From a virus (Duplodnaviria > Caudoviricetes): a DNA stretch of 24,738 bases. The notes under the pieces were generated by a model that was given only the letters and a program-made list of their open reading frames with translations, did not search any database and was not told the DNA's origin. This document shows positions 1 through 7,457 of the stretch, piece by piece. The position numbers and the translations under genes are program-made. Numbering within the stretch: the first letter of the stretch is position 1; every line of letters starts with the position of its first letter. The stretch is taken from positions 1 through 24,738 of the IMG/VR virus record IMGVR_UViG_3300044676_001594. One strand, 5' to 3'.

Positions 1-102
1 CTGTTGCTTTGATTCAAACACATAACCAAAAACCCCTTTAAGAATCGCACCCATAGCAGTAGAACCACCGCCCGTGATAAACAACATAAGTAACTCACCC
101 AT
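1..102 (-). CDS. Partial membrane protein, putative holin (N-terminus only; runs off the window)
   Basis: Not in the ORF track. Hand translation from the ATG at 102 gives MGELLMLFITGGGSTAMGAILKGVFGYVFESKQQ, a hydrophobic Gly-rich N-terminus followed by polar residues. Starts 4 nt after the upstream stop. The holin call is inference. Confidence 0.5.
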   Translation of the reverse strand, partial: MGELLMLFITGGGSTAMGAILKGVFGYVFESKQQ

Positions 103-106
103 CTCT

Positions 107-481
107 TCACCTGCTTTCCGTCAAATGACTTTCCAACTTGGCACGCATTCTGTCCAATTCTTTTTCAAGATACCGTAGCCGTTCAAACTGTTGGAAGTCA
201 GATGTTATTGGCTTGTCTTGCATCTCTAACAAATGATCTAGGTCTGCTTTGGATTGTTCTGCAAACTTTTCTATGTGCATCATCCGTGCTGACAAGTCTC
301 CAAGTAAAGTCCCTTCGTGTTGTACTCTGTCCAATCCACTATCAAGTGCTATGATCTTATTCCATACTACACTGTATCCCCAAACCACGCTACCTACCAC
401 AGCTATCACTTTAGCCATGAACGCCAGGTTCGCTTTGACTTGGACATTGTCTCCTAGTTCTGTTGCCATAGTCTTTATCAT
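107..481 (-). CDS. Single-TM plus coiled-coil protein (lysis-associated candidate), 124 aa
   Basis: Hydrophobic segment AFMAKVIAVVGSVVWGYSVVW, then heptad-like segments (RLRYLEKELDRMRAKLE). Confidence 0.55.
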   Translation of the reverse strand: MIKTMATELGDNVQVKANLAFMAKVIAVVGSVVWGYSVVWNKIIALDSGLDRVQHEGTLLGDLSARMMHIEKFAEQSKADLDHLLEMQDKPITSDFQQFERLRYLEKELDRMRAKLESHLTESR

Positions 482-490
482 AAACAGAAA

Positions 491-575
491 CCCCTACCTA
501 GGGAAACAAAATAAGGCAGAGGATAAAATACTAAAAAAAACCTCCGCCCCTAATAACACGAACCTAGGTAGGGGC
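491..575 (-). promoter_or_regulatory. Structured intergenic RNA: long hairpin, or alternative terminator-like hairpin plus U8
   Basis: Perfect 12-bp inverted repeat CCCCTACCTAGG (491-502)/CCTAGGTAGGGG (563-574). Inner stem 515-522/541-548. Alternative stem 546-552/569-575 followed on the minus strand by GGAGG and T8 (533-540). Confidence 0.6.
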
Positions 576-592
576 TACTATGAATAATAACA

Positions 593-1381
593 CTAAATAT
601 TACTTACAGATAAGCGTCTGTCAATCTCTTCGTGATATGCTTTGTCACCGGAGCGATAGCGAGGGTCGGACTGTGCACGAGCTAATTCCTGCATACTTTT
701 AAAAGGCATAGTGGATGATCCGGATAGATTGCCTTGGGTAAGTTTAGGTTTACTACCTGTAGCATTCTGATACCTAGCGTACAATCCTTGAACTGCTAAC
801 TTAGCTTGGTTAATTGTACCACCTGTGACCGCCTCATCAAAAGCGTCGATCTCTTCTTGTGGTAGATTCTCATTTGCCCACTCAGCCATCGCATCGTATT
901 GATCCCCCGCAACTCCTTTGATTTGTGCTTCTTCAGATTGTAACAATGCTTGCTGACCAGCTGCGTAGCTGTCAACCAAATCCTTAGGAAGTCCAGCTTT
1001 CTCTAAAGCGTTATAAGTTTCCTCACTAAGTTGACCGTCGTTTTCAAAGAACTCTTTACTAGCTTCTGCAATCGTTTGATACGCTTCACTAACATTCTCT
1101 TCAGTTTGTTCTTCTTTGTCCTCAGCTTCCGTTTCACTTTGTTCAGGTTCTTCCGTAGCTTCTTCCTTAGGTTGTCCAAGTTTCTTTTCCAGCTCGGAGT
1201 ACGCTTTCGCCATGTCCGCTGGGTCTTTGAACTTCTCTGGGAGCCATTCCGGACGGTCGCTTTGTTCTTCCGGTAGTTCCGTTTCGGCTTGCTGCTCGAC
1301 TGCTTGTTCGTGGTTCTCTTCGGTGGGTTCGATTTCGCTTGGTGCTTTCTCATTAATCTCTACTCGGTGTAATTCAGCCAT
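593..1381 (-). CDS. gp9: Capsid assembly scaffolding protein (T7 gp9-like)
   Basis: Acidic, contains RPEWLPEKF...AKAYSELEKKLG and C-terminal DPRY...Y..EIDRRL. Directly downstream of the portal. Confidence 0.9.
   Translation of the reverse strand: MAELHRVEINEKAPSEIEPTEENHEQAVEQQAETELPEEQSDRPEWLPEKFKDPADMAKAYSELEKKLGQPKEEATEEPEQSETEAEDKEEQTEENVSEAYQTIAEASKEFFENDGQLSEETYNALEKAGLPKDLVDSYAAGQQALLQSEEAQIKGVAGDQYDAMAEWANENLPQEEIDAFDEAVTGGTINQAKLAVQGLYARYQNATGSKPKLTQGNLSGSSTMPFKSMQELARAQSDPRYRSGDKAYHEEIDRRLSVSNI
597..624 (-). promoter_or_regulatory. Candidate sigma70-type promoter at the end of the scaffold gene
   Basis: TTGACA (624-619), 16 nt, TAATAT (602-597) on the minus strand. It lies in coding sequence and could be chance. 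Confidence 0.35.
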
Positions 1382-1387
1382 TTGTTA

Positions 1388-2950
1388 TTATTCCTCTTGC
1401 GGTGTTTGTTGTTGTGAAGCCATGTACTGCTCTTGAGCTGCGTTGATAGCGGGTGCTACTGCGGGTGCTCCGAGTTTCTGTGCCATCTCCATCATCTGTT
1501 GCTGTTGCATGGCTTGTTGAATTTCTTCTTCTGTCTTGATCAATCCTTCAGTCTCAATACCAAGAGCAGTAGCACGACGCTTGAAGTAGTCAGATACATT
1601 TAAGTATTGAGTAACAGCTTGTGGTCCTACTATCTGGTTAGCACCTGCTAAGAACATATCTAATCTGTTAAGATCATTACCACGACCAAGTGCTTCAACA
1701 CCAGTAACAATGGTAGGCTTAACAATATCTTTAGGTATCTTAGGCAGACGCTTATTCCTAGACATCTTGTCCATTAAACGACTGACGATAGGAAGCTGTA
1801 GTTCTTGAGATAACAGAGAGTAGAGACCACCCAGAGCAGCTTCAAGCTCTTGACTTAACATGCGTATCTCTTCAGCGGTCACTCTCTCTGCATCCCTCAC
1901 AACTCCCGATGTCAAAAGAAATGCTTGGCTGAGACGATCTGTTATACCAGTCATCGTGGCTTGTGCAGTACGAAAGTCATTAAACTTATTTAACTGCAAT
2001 ACAGATACATCTCCTTCACTGCCTTGTACAATCGCACCGTTTGGTGCTTCAGCTAATGTTCGTGCTCGTGTTGTACCATTCGGATTAACCATGAACAATA
2101 CTTTAGCTGCTGCTGCACTACCTTCTACGATTGCTTTGGTCAGTGCTTCTAAACTCTTTAAGTCTCCGAGGTACTCTTCAACAAAGCCTCTGCCATAGTC
2201 CTCTCCATCAATCTGGGTGTAACGAAGTGGGAGCCACGGGGACTTGTCGATCGGATACTCACCCATACTTTCTTCGATGAGGATTCCTTTGACATCCTGG
2301 TAGACTTTGTACTTGTCATCTTCTCTGACGATTGCGGTGTAGAGGTCACAGCTGTTCTCCTTTTCTTGACGGTATACTTCTTCTCTTACCGATTCAGGAA
2401 GCATCATAGGAGCTACAGTTTCTTTCACTGCTATGTGTGTTACATTACCCATCGGGTCTCTCTTGACTACATAACGATCAAGCTTGAACACACGCATCCC
2501 ACCTTCGTCCGGTAAGTACAACAAACTGTTACCTGTTATAAGTAAGTTCTTTAGTGCTTGGAAGATACCGTTCCTGAAGTTCTGTACTTCTACTTCCTGT
2601 GATACACTACGCTCTACATCAGCTAATGCTTTCTCTAAATCTGTGCGTAACTGCTCACCACCCTCTGGTCCTAACTCCTGCTTTGCTTTGTCCAGTTCAT
2701 ATCTATCTATAACCAGACGGAAGAATGGAGCGTTAGGTGGTAACAGTGCTAACAATAACTTACTGCTAAGATTCAGTACACCTCTAGCTCCGATACCTTG
2801 GTACGGTGTGTAGTACTTAGTAGCGTAGTTCGCACCGTCAGGTGGTAGAACATAAGGAAGTGTAAGCTCAGAAGATGTACGACCTCTATCTAAGAATGAC
2901 CACCGCTGGTTCTCCAACGAGTGATATAGCCCTTGGGCTGTTTCGTGCAT
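1388..2950 (-). CDS. gp8: Portal / head-to-tail connector (T7 gp8-like)
   Basis: 520 aa with LTLPY, YQGIGARGVLNLSSKLLLALLPPNAPFFRL, GEDYGRGFVEEYLGDL, RDAERVTAEEIR and TGVEALGRG. Confidence 0.97.
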   Translation of the reverse strand: MHETAQGLYHSLENQRWSFLDRGRTSSELTLPYVLPPDGANYATKYYTPYQGIGARGVLNLSSKLLLALLPPNAPFFRLVIDRYELDKAKQELGPEGGEQLRTDLEKALADVERSVSQEVEVQNFRNGIFQALKNLLITGNSLLYLPDEGGMRVFKLDRYVVKRDPMGNVTHIAVKETVAPMMLPESVREEVYRQEKENSCDLYTAIVREDDKYKVYQDVKGILIEESMGEYPIDKSPWLPLRYTQIDGEDYGRGFVEEYLGDLKSLEALTKAIVEGSAAAAKVLFMVNPNGTTRARTLAEAPNGAIVQGSEGDVSVLQLNKFNDFRTAQATMTGITDRLSQAFLLTSGVVRDAERVTAEEIRMLSQELEAALGGLYSLLSQELQLPIVSRLMDKMSRNKRLPKIPKDIVKPTIVTGVEALGRGNDLNRLDMFLAGANQIVGPQAVTQYLNVSDYFKRRATALGIETEGLIKTEEEIQQAMQQQQMMEMAQKLGAPAVAPAINAAQEQYMASQQQTPQEE

Positions 2951-2951
2951 A

Positions 2952-3182
2952 TTAAATATCTAAGTCAGGATCAGTCCACTCAGGACCACCTAAGATGCTA
3001 AGTATCTCAGTTTGATCGTACTGTGGTTCACCTATTAAAAAGCTAGGAGTGTCTCCTTCAAACCTTGCAAGTATCTTACTACCGTCTAAGCTCTTTCTGC
3101 TTTTCGCCTCGTCTGTGTCTACTAACTTACTAAAGTCAAAGCTGCTAGCTTCTGCGGAATCAACGATTACATATGTTCTCAT
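2952..3182 (-). CDS. Small protein following the LamG gene (possible fibre accessory/chaperone), 76 aa
   Basis: Tightly coupled to neighbours (1-2 nt gaps). RKSLDGSK..ARFEGDTPSFL pattern. Function inferred from context only. Confidence 0.55.
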   Translation of the reverse strand: MRTYVIVDSAEASSFDFSKLVDTDEAKSRKSLDGSKILARFEGDTPSFLIGEPQYDQTEILSILGGPEWTDPDLDI

Positions 3183-3184
3183 AA

Positions 3185-3958
3185 TTAATATGGTTTTGTA
3201 GATGTTACAAATGTAGCACCGTTGTTAGTACCGTTGTTAACACCAGTCTCATCATTAGCATTGTTCTCTAATCGATAGAATGAAGTGAATTGCGGGTAGA
3301 GTTTACTTGATCCTACGATGTTAGAAACTTCTGTGCTTGTTAATTCGCGATTAAAGATAGCTACTTCGTCTAAGTACCCTCCAAATGGGCTTGTTGAATT
3401 GCTGTTAGCTCCAATTTTTAAAGTATCAGTTGAGGAGCTTGAATTTGTCTGTGGAGCGGTCGCACTTAATATTTGAGAACCATCCCTGTACAATTTTATA
3501 TTACCCCCAGCGGCACAAGTCGCAGCAATATGGTGCCAGTTGTTATCGCTAATAGCATTAGAGACATCAAAGGAGAAGTCAGGAAGTACCCGTATTCTTA
3601 ATTTTTTGGGTGAACCTTGGCTAGACCTGTTATCGTACCAAATATACGCATGAGAATTAGCTACTAAAAATTGGTTCACATCGGTTGTATAAGCTGTAAA
3701 CTTCAACCAAAAAGTAATACTAAAGTTACAAGTCTGCTGTATGAAATCGAACTTGTTGTTTGTATCGATGTAGTCATTCGTACCGTCAAACAAAGCACTA
3801 TAACTGTTGGTTTTGAAAGAAGCTCCATCATTCTGATACCCTCTCCAATTCGTGCCGTCATATACGATGACATTCTTCGTGTCTGTTTCAAATAATACAT
3901 CCCCGTCCGTTGGAGAACCAGGGCGTGTGGCTGATGTGCAAGTGCTGAATGTACTCAT
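3185..3958 (-). CDS. LamG/concanavalin A-like lectin domain protein (putative receptor-binding protein)
   Basis: FDGTNDYI, FSITFWLK, WHHIAAT, KLYRDG, FGGYLDEVAIFNRELTSTEV are LamG_3-type signatures. N-terminal fibre module RPGSPTDGDVLFETDT..VYDGTNW. Confidence 0.85.
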   Translation of the reverse strand: MSTFSTCTSATRPGSPTDGDVLFETDTKNVIVYDGTNWRGYQNDGASFKTNSYSALFDGTNDYIDTNNKFDFIQQTCNFSITFWLKFTAYTTDVNQFLVANSHAYIWYDNRSSQGSPKKLRIRVLPDFSFDVSNAISDNNWHHIAATCAAGGNIKLYRDGSQILSATAPQTNSSSSTDTLKIGANSNSTSPFGGYLDEVAIFNRELTSTEVSNIVGSSKLYPQFTSFYRLENNANDETGVNNGTNNGATFVTSTKPY

Positions 3959-3961
3959 GTT

Positions 3962-4174
3962 TTACGGTGTATAATCGTTATTGTAAATGTACCAAGCTGA
4001 CCCGTCCCATATGTATATGTCGTATGTATCCGTTCCGAACTTGACTGTTACTTCTCCTGTTGGGTTGGTGGGTGATGATGCTAAGATGTTAGACTCTGTA
4101 TCTGTATCAACATTGAATACGGATTCAGTAATAGTAGCAATAACACCTAACGCAAATGTTGGCAATACAAACAT
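3962..4174 (-). CDS. Short fibre adaptor protein, 70 aa
   Basis: Hydrophobic N-terminus. The last 15 aa (WDGSAWYIYNNDYTP) are identical to those of ORF 4666-5640. Confidence 0.65.
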   Translation of the reverse strand: MFVLPTFALGVIATITESVFNVDTDTESNILASSPTNPTGEVTVKFGTDTYDIYIWDGSAWYIYNNDYTP

Positions 4175-4177
4175 ATT

Positions 4178-4663
4178 TTATGCAACAGTATCTCCAGCAA
4201 GAACAAAGGTGTCAGCTGCATAAGCAACCACACTAGCTGCTCCGTACTGTCCCGCTATCTTGGTGTGTGATTGTCTATTGTTGATGGTAGTACCAGAAGC
4301 ACTGAAGCTTACTTGACCCGCTCCCTTTTGTACAAAGCTACAATTAAACCCAGCTCCTAAACCACTTGGTACTGTGACAGTTACAGCAGAAGCGTTGTCT
4401 AACACAACTACTTTACCGTTGTCTCCAGCTACTAATGTATAAGTGGTTCCTGTTTGATCGTTGATCGAAGCGTCGAAGTTGCTGATCGCATTACCGTTGA
4501 AGTCGTAGCTTGCCAGGTTAGAGGCAGATGCTTGCCCCATTAGATTAGTAACGGTTACCTTCTTAGTAGTAGGAGTACCTGCGACATCGTCAACGATTGC
4601 TACAATGTCAGCACCTGCTGGTGTCGTCAGCTCGGTAAGTTCTGTAATTTTTTTATTAGCCAT
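4178..4663 (-). CDS. Fibre segment / beta-rich virion protein, 161 aa
   Basis: N-terminal KKITEL...D..AIVD...TKKVT motif and a C-terminal beta domain (TYTLVAGDNGKVV...VTVTVP...QKGAGQV...GQYGAA...FVLAGD), both typical of phage fibre parts. Confidence 0.7.
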   Translation of the reverse strand: MANKKITELTELTTPAGADIVAIVDDVAGTPTTKKVTVTNLMGQASASNLASYDFNGNAISNFDASINDQTGTTYTLVAGDNGKVVVLDNASAVTVTVPSGLGAGFNCSFVQKGAGQVSFSASGTTINNRQSHTKIAGQYGAASVVAYAADTFVLAGDTVA

Positions 4664-4665
4664 GT

Positions 4666-5640
4666 TTACGGTGTGTAATCATTGTTGTAAATATACCAAG
4701 CACTACCATCCCAAACATACAGATCGTGAGTGTTGCTGCCGAAATATACGGTTGCTTGATTTGCTGGGTTGGACGGGGTGAGTAATAATATATCCGCTTC
4801 GTCTTGTTGGAAGTCGTCAGCAGAACCTGGTGTTACAAGATCGTCAGGTATGTTGTACTTATTAGCTGCTGCCTCTAAGAACAATCCGCTGATGGATGCT
4901 GTGGTAAAGTTTGTAGAAGAGAGGTTAACACTTGTTACTCCGATACTGCTTGCAGAATTAGTAAGAGTGAAGGTAACTACTGTGTCGCTACCTGTTGGTA
5001 AAGTCTGTCCGCTATCTACTGTAAGTACAAGTGTACCTGTTGACTGCGTCCAACTACCAGCCGATCCAAAGATAACAGCTCCCGCCCCACCTAAACTTAA
5101 AGAACCATTATCCGCTGTGGCACTACCTGTAAGTCCTGACAGAGTGATCGAAGAACCTGCGGAGATAGAAGCGGATGGTTGTACAGTAAATGTAAAGATG
5201 TTGGAGTTGCTTGCTAAGTTACTACTGTCTGTAAGCGTGGCAGTATCAAATGTTGCAGATATAATAAAGGTAGCTGTATTAGAGGTTGAAGTATCCACCC
5301 CATCTGTAGCTATTATCCTGTAGTAATATGTAACAGCTCCCGATAAAGGACCTGTGTCGTTAACCGTTAAACCTAAAGTACCACTAGATATAGTAGTAGG
5401 ACTTGTAAATGAAGCACTAGTATCCCGTTCGTATGTATAGCTAGTAGCTCCCGCCACACCTGTTGTACTTATAGTAGCACCGTCAACTCCGAATTGAACA
5501 ACTGTTATATCAGGCTTTGCAAGCCCAGCTACTACAGCGTCAAACCCATACAGTACCTCAAAGCTAGGTCGAATGAAGTTACCAGGGAACGCAATGATTC
5601 CGCTTGGTTTTTCAATCGACGGTGTGAGTAAGAGAGACAT
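4666..5640 (-). CDS. Ser/Thr-rich virion protein with FnIII/Ig-like domains, 324 aa
   Basis: FnIII-like L..AVTYYYRIIATDG segment, a second beta-sandwich region, and the C-terminal fibre module shared with the 70-aa ORF. Confidence 0.7.
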   Translation of the reverse strand: MSLLLTPSIEKPSGIIAFPGNFIRPSFEVLYGFDAVVAGLAKPDITVVQFGVDGATISTTGVAGATSYTYERDTSASFTSPTTISSGTLGLTVNDTGPLSGAVTYYYRIIATDGVDTSTSNTATFIISATFDTATLTDSSNLASNSNIFTFTVQPSASISAGSSITLSGLTGSATADNGSLSLGGAGAVIFGSAGSWTQSTGTLVLTVDSGQTLPTGSDTVVTFTLTNSASSIGVTSVNLSSTNFTTASISGLFLEAAANKYNIPDDLVTPGSADDFQQDEADILLLTPSNPANQATVYFGSNTHDLYVWDGSAWYIYNNDYTP

Positions 5641-5951
5641 TAAAGTGAGTCAACAGTTCCGGTAGCGTAGACGCTGTGGGTTCCTGCTGTATATGCACTT
5701 ACATTAGCTCTTAGCTTTTCGTAGTGTCCGTGGTCATCTCGTATCATAACTGATCCCAGTGCTGATACTGATTGACTGTGTACTACACGCCAAGCTCCTC
5801 CAATCCAAGCTTCTATATCTACAGTAGCTGCACCAGCAACGGATGTTTCTATTACGAATGTCCATCCCTTGTCTCGCTCTACACTGACCTCAGTACCAGG
5901 TGCTTGTGATGTACCGTTTAACAATAAAGTTTTCTTATCTAAACTTCTCAT
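5640..5951 (-). CDS. Small all-beta virion protein (decoration/adaptor candidate), 103 aa
   Basis: Alternating beta-strand pattern (WTFVIE..ATVDIEA..KLRANVS). TAATG overlap with the next gene. Confidence 0.6.
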   Translation of the reverse strand: MRSLDKKTLLLNGTSQAPGTEVSVERDKGWTFVIETSVAGAATVDIEAWIGGAWRVVHSQSVSALGSVMIRDDHGHYEKLRANVSAYTAGTHSVYATGTVDSL

Positions 5952-5966
5952 AATTAATTCTTTAGG

Positions 5967-6179
5967 TTACGATGAAAGCTGTACGCCTGTACCCCCGGAA
6001 CCTCCACCCATGCTCAATGTAGGACGACGAGTAGCAGCAGTCAACTGGCTAGTACCACGACGACGCTTAGTAGGTTGAGTAGCTCTTTGAGTAACAGCCC
6101 GTTCAGCAGTGGGAAGTGGTGGTGGAGGTGGAGCTGGCGGTGGAGCCGGAGGCGGTATCTTAGGTTGTGAGAAACACAT
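5967..6179 (-). CDS. T7 gp6.7-like virion protein, Pro-rich
   Basis: Starts MCFSQPKIP (T7 gp6.7 starts MCFSPK), has basic RRRG..L, and lies upstream of the portal. Confidence 0.7.
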   Translation of the reverse strand: MCFSQPKIPPPAPPPAPPPPPLPTAERAVTQRATQPTKRRRGTSQLTAATRRPTLSMGGGSGGTGVQLSS

Positions 6180-6181
6180 AG

Positions 6182-6385
6182 CTATTCTAAGTCTTTGGTT
6201 ATGATGTTGTCTTGTAACTGTTCGTCGTATTTTTGTTGTAAATAATTAATTACACTTCGTTGTCCTACCTTATACCATATATCTCTATCTGAGTCTGTCA
6301 AGAGGGGACATTTATCTGGGAATAGTTTGTCAAGCTTTTCTATCAAAGACTTACTCAACGCTGGTAATATTATCTCTTCACTCAT
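6182..6385 (-). CDS. Conserved podovirus protein (gp6.5-like), 67 aa
   Basis: P.LS..LIEKL...FP...GQRSVINYL pattern. GAGGAGG Shine-Dalgarno upstream. Syntenic position. Confidence 0.65.
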   Translation of the reverse strand: MSEEIILPALSKSLIEKLDKLFPDKCPLLTDSDRDIWYKVGQRSVINYLQQKYDEQLQDNIITKDLE

Positions 6386-6444
6386 GTTCGTCGTTCCTCC
6401 TCACATCGTGTTTTCTCACAAGCTCGCAAAACACTCTTGTTCAT
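6382..6444 (-). CDS. 20-aa mini-ORF bridging the MTase and gp6.5-like genes
   Basis: MNKSVLRACEKTRCEEERRT, with ATGA 4-nt overlaps at both ends. Confidence 0.3.
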   Translation of the reverse strand: MNKSVLRACEKTRCEEERRT

Positions 6445-7457
6445 AATTGTTGTATTAATGTTTTGAATGCTAACTCACAGGTGTCTGGTACTACTCCGTT
6501 ACCCAAGAGCCTAAGTCTGTCCACCCTGAAGGCAGTCCCATTAGCTGACAGACCCACGCAGGATTGAGCTTCGGTGACCCTTGGTTCTTCCCACTCGTAC
6601 TGTTGCTGACCGGGTCTTGAGGGCCATCTAGTCTTGCCAAGTCCCGACCCAAGCATTTCTGATTTGATTCTGTCGCTGTCCTCGCACCCTCCACATGATC
6701 GCTCGCTTGAGGTGTTGCCCAATTCTTCGGGTTGTGTACCACTTCCCCTAGATTGCACTTCCCTCTGTCGTATGTCGCATCTCTGCTCATCGTTTCCCTT
6801 GGTGTAGGCCAATTGTCCAGCTCCCCCCGACGAGCCATAGCCGTCAAACACTTGCTCGCTTGTGTGTTCCCGCCTATCCTGTACTTCTCTTCGCTGGCTT
6901 GCGGTGTCGGATAACTTCCCAAGGATGAACACTCGTTTCCGTTGGTGTGGAGCGCCTGTTTCAGACGCGCTGAATACTCCCCACGTACACGAGTAACCTC
7001 TTTCTTCCAAGTCTCCGAGGACATATTTAAGTACCGATTCTCCGTCTGCTGTTTTAGCTGAGATGATTCCTTCGACATTTTCAAAGAGGACATATCGTGG
7101 TCGCATAGCGGTAACTCCATCTGCGATCCAAGGCCACAAGTGTCGTGGGTCTTCTGTTGCTTGTCGTTTTCCTGCACTACTGAATGGTTGGCAAGGGAAC
7201 CCTGCACTGAGGATGGTAACTTTGTCACGTAGTTCTCGATACGGAAACTGCTTGAGGTCCGTGAAAACAGGACACGCATCCAAGAGTCCCGCTTCCATTT
7301 TCGCAATAAGGTTGGCAACTGCATAGGCTTCGATCTCGCAGTGAGCAATAGTTCGCAGGTTTGGAATAGCTCGTTTAAGTCCGATTCCGATGCCGTCGTA
7401 CCCGCTGCACAAAGAGACGTAGGTAGGAATACTAGTGGTTGTTTCATCGTTATTCAC
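6441..7457 (-). CDS. DNA cytosine-5 methyltransferase, catalytic (alpha) chain: motifs I-VIII and X
   Basis: SLCSGYDG (I), GFPCQPFS (IV), FENVEG (VI), PHQRKRVF (VIII), RLRLLGNGVVP (X). No motif IX in this frame. Confidence 0.92.
   Translation of the reverse strand: MNNDETTTSIPTYVSLCSGYDGIGIGLKRAIPNLRTIAHCEIEAYAVANLIAKMEAGLLDACPVFTDLKQFPYRELRDKVTILSAGFPCQPFSSAGKRQATEDPRHLWPWIADGVTAMRPRYVLFENVEGIISAKTADGESVLKYVLGDLEERGYSCTWGVFSASETGAPHQRKRVFILGKLSDTASQRREVQDRREHTSEQVFDGYGSSGGAGQLAYTKGNDEQRCDIRQREVQSRGSGTQPEELGNTSSERSCGGCEDSDRIKSEMLGSGLGKTRWPSRPGQQQYEWEEPRVTEAQSCVGLSANGTAFRVDRLRLLGNGVVPDTCELAFKTLIQQL
6491..7447 (-). CDS. Overlapping-frame second (beta) chain of the C5 MTase: TP repeats plus motif IX
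   Basis: 318 stop-free codons nested in the alpha gene, with YPTPQAS, WPTPRET and WATPQAS repeats and LNPAWVCQLMGLPSGWT. Its ATG is 2 nt after the upstream gene's TAA. Confidence 0.75.
   Translation of the reverse strand: MKQPLVFLPTSLCAAGTTASESDLNELFQTCELLLTARSKPMQLPTLLRKWKRDSWMRVLFSRTSSSFRIENYVTKLPSSVQGSLANHSVVQENDKQQKTHDTCGLGSQMELPLCDHDMSSLKMSKESSQLKQQTENRYLNMSSETWKKEVTRVRGEYSARLKQALHTNGNECSSLGSYPTPQASEEKYRIGGNTQASKCLTAMARRGELDNWPTPRETMSRDATYDRGKCNLGEVVHNPKNWATPQASDHVEGARTATESNQKCLGRDLARLDGPQDPVSNSTSGKNQGSPKLNPAWVCQLMGLPSGWTDLGSWVTE

Noticed and set aside
1003-1353. Lys/Arg-rich alternative-frame ORFs (1003-1353; 5' part of 16003-16227)
   Set aside because: Frame shadows of GAA-rich acidic genes.
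3185-4663. One long fibre gene with stop-codon readthrough (three ORFs share a frame)
   Set aside because: Each TAA is followed one codon later by an ATG and a plausible N-terminus. TAA is a normal stop throughout the window.
3956-4713. TR/VR pair or invertible tail-fibre shufflon
   Set aside because: The repeats are direct, differences are synonymous and not A-specific, and no recombinase or RT is present.
4769-5323. Plus-strand ORFs (e.g. 4769-5323, 8125-8742, 22405-22848)
   Set aside because: Antisense shadows of well-supported minus-strand genes with no recognisable motifs.
6441-7457. MTase pseudogene
   Set aside because: Catalytic motifs are intact and both frames are open for more than 300 codons, so decay is unlikely.
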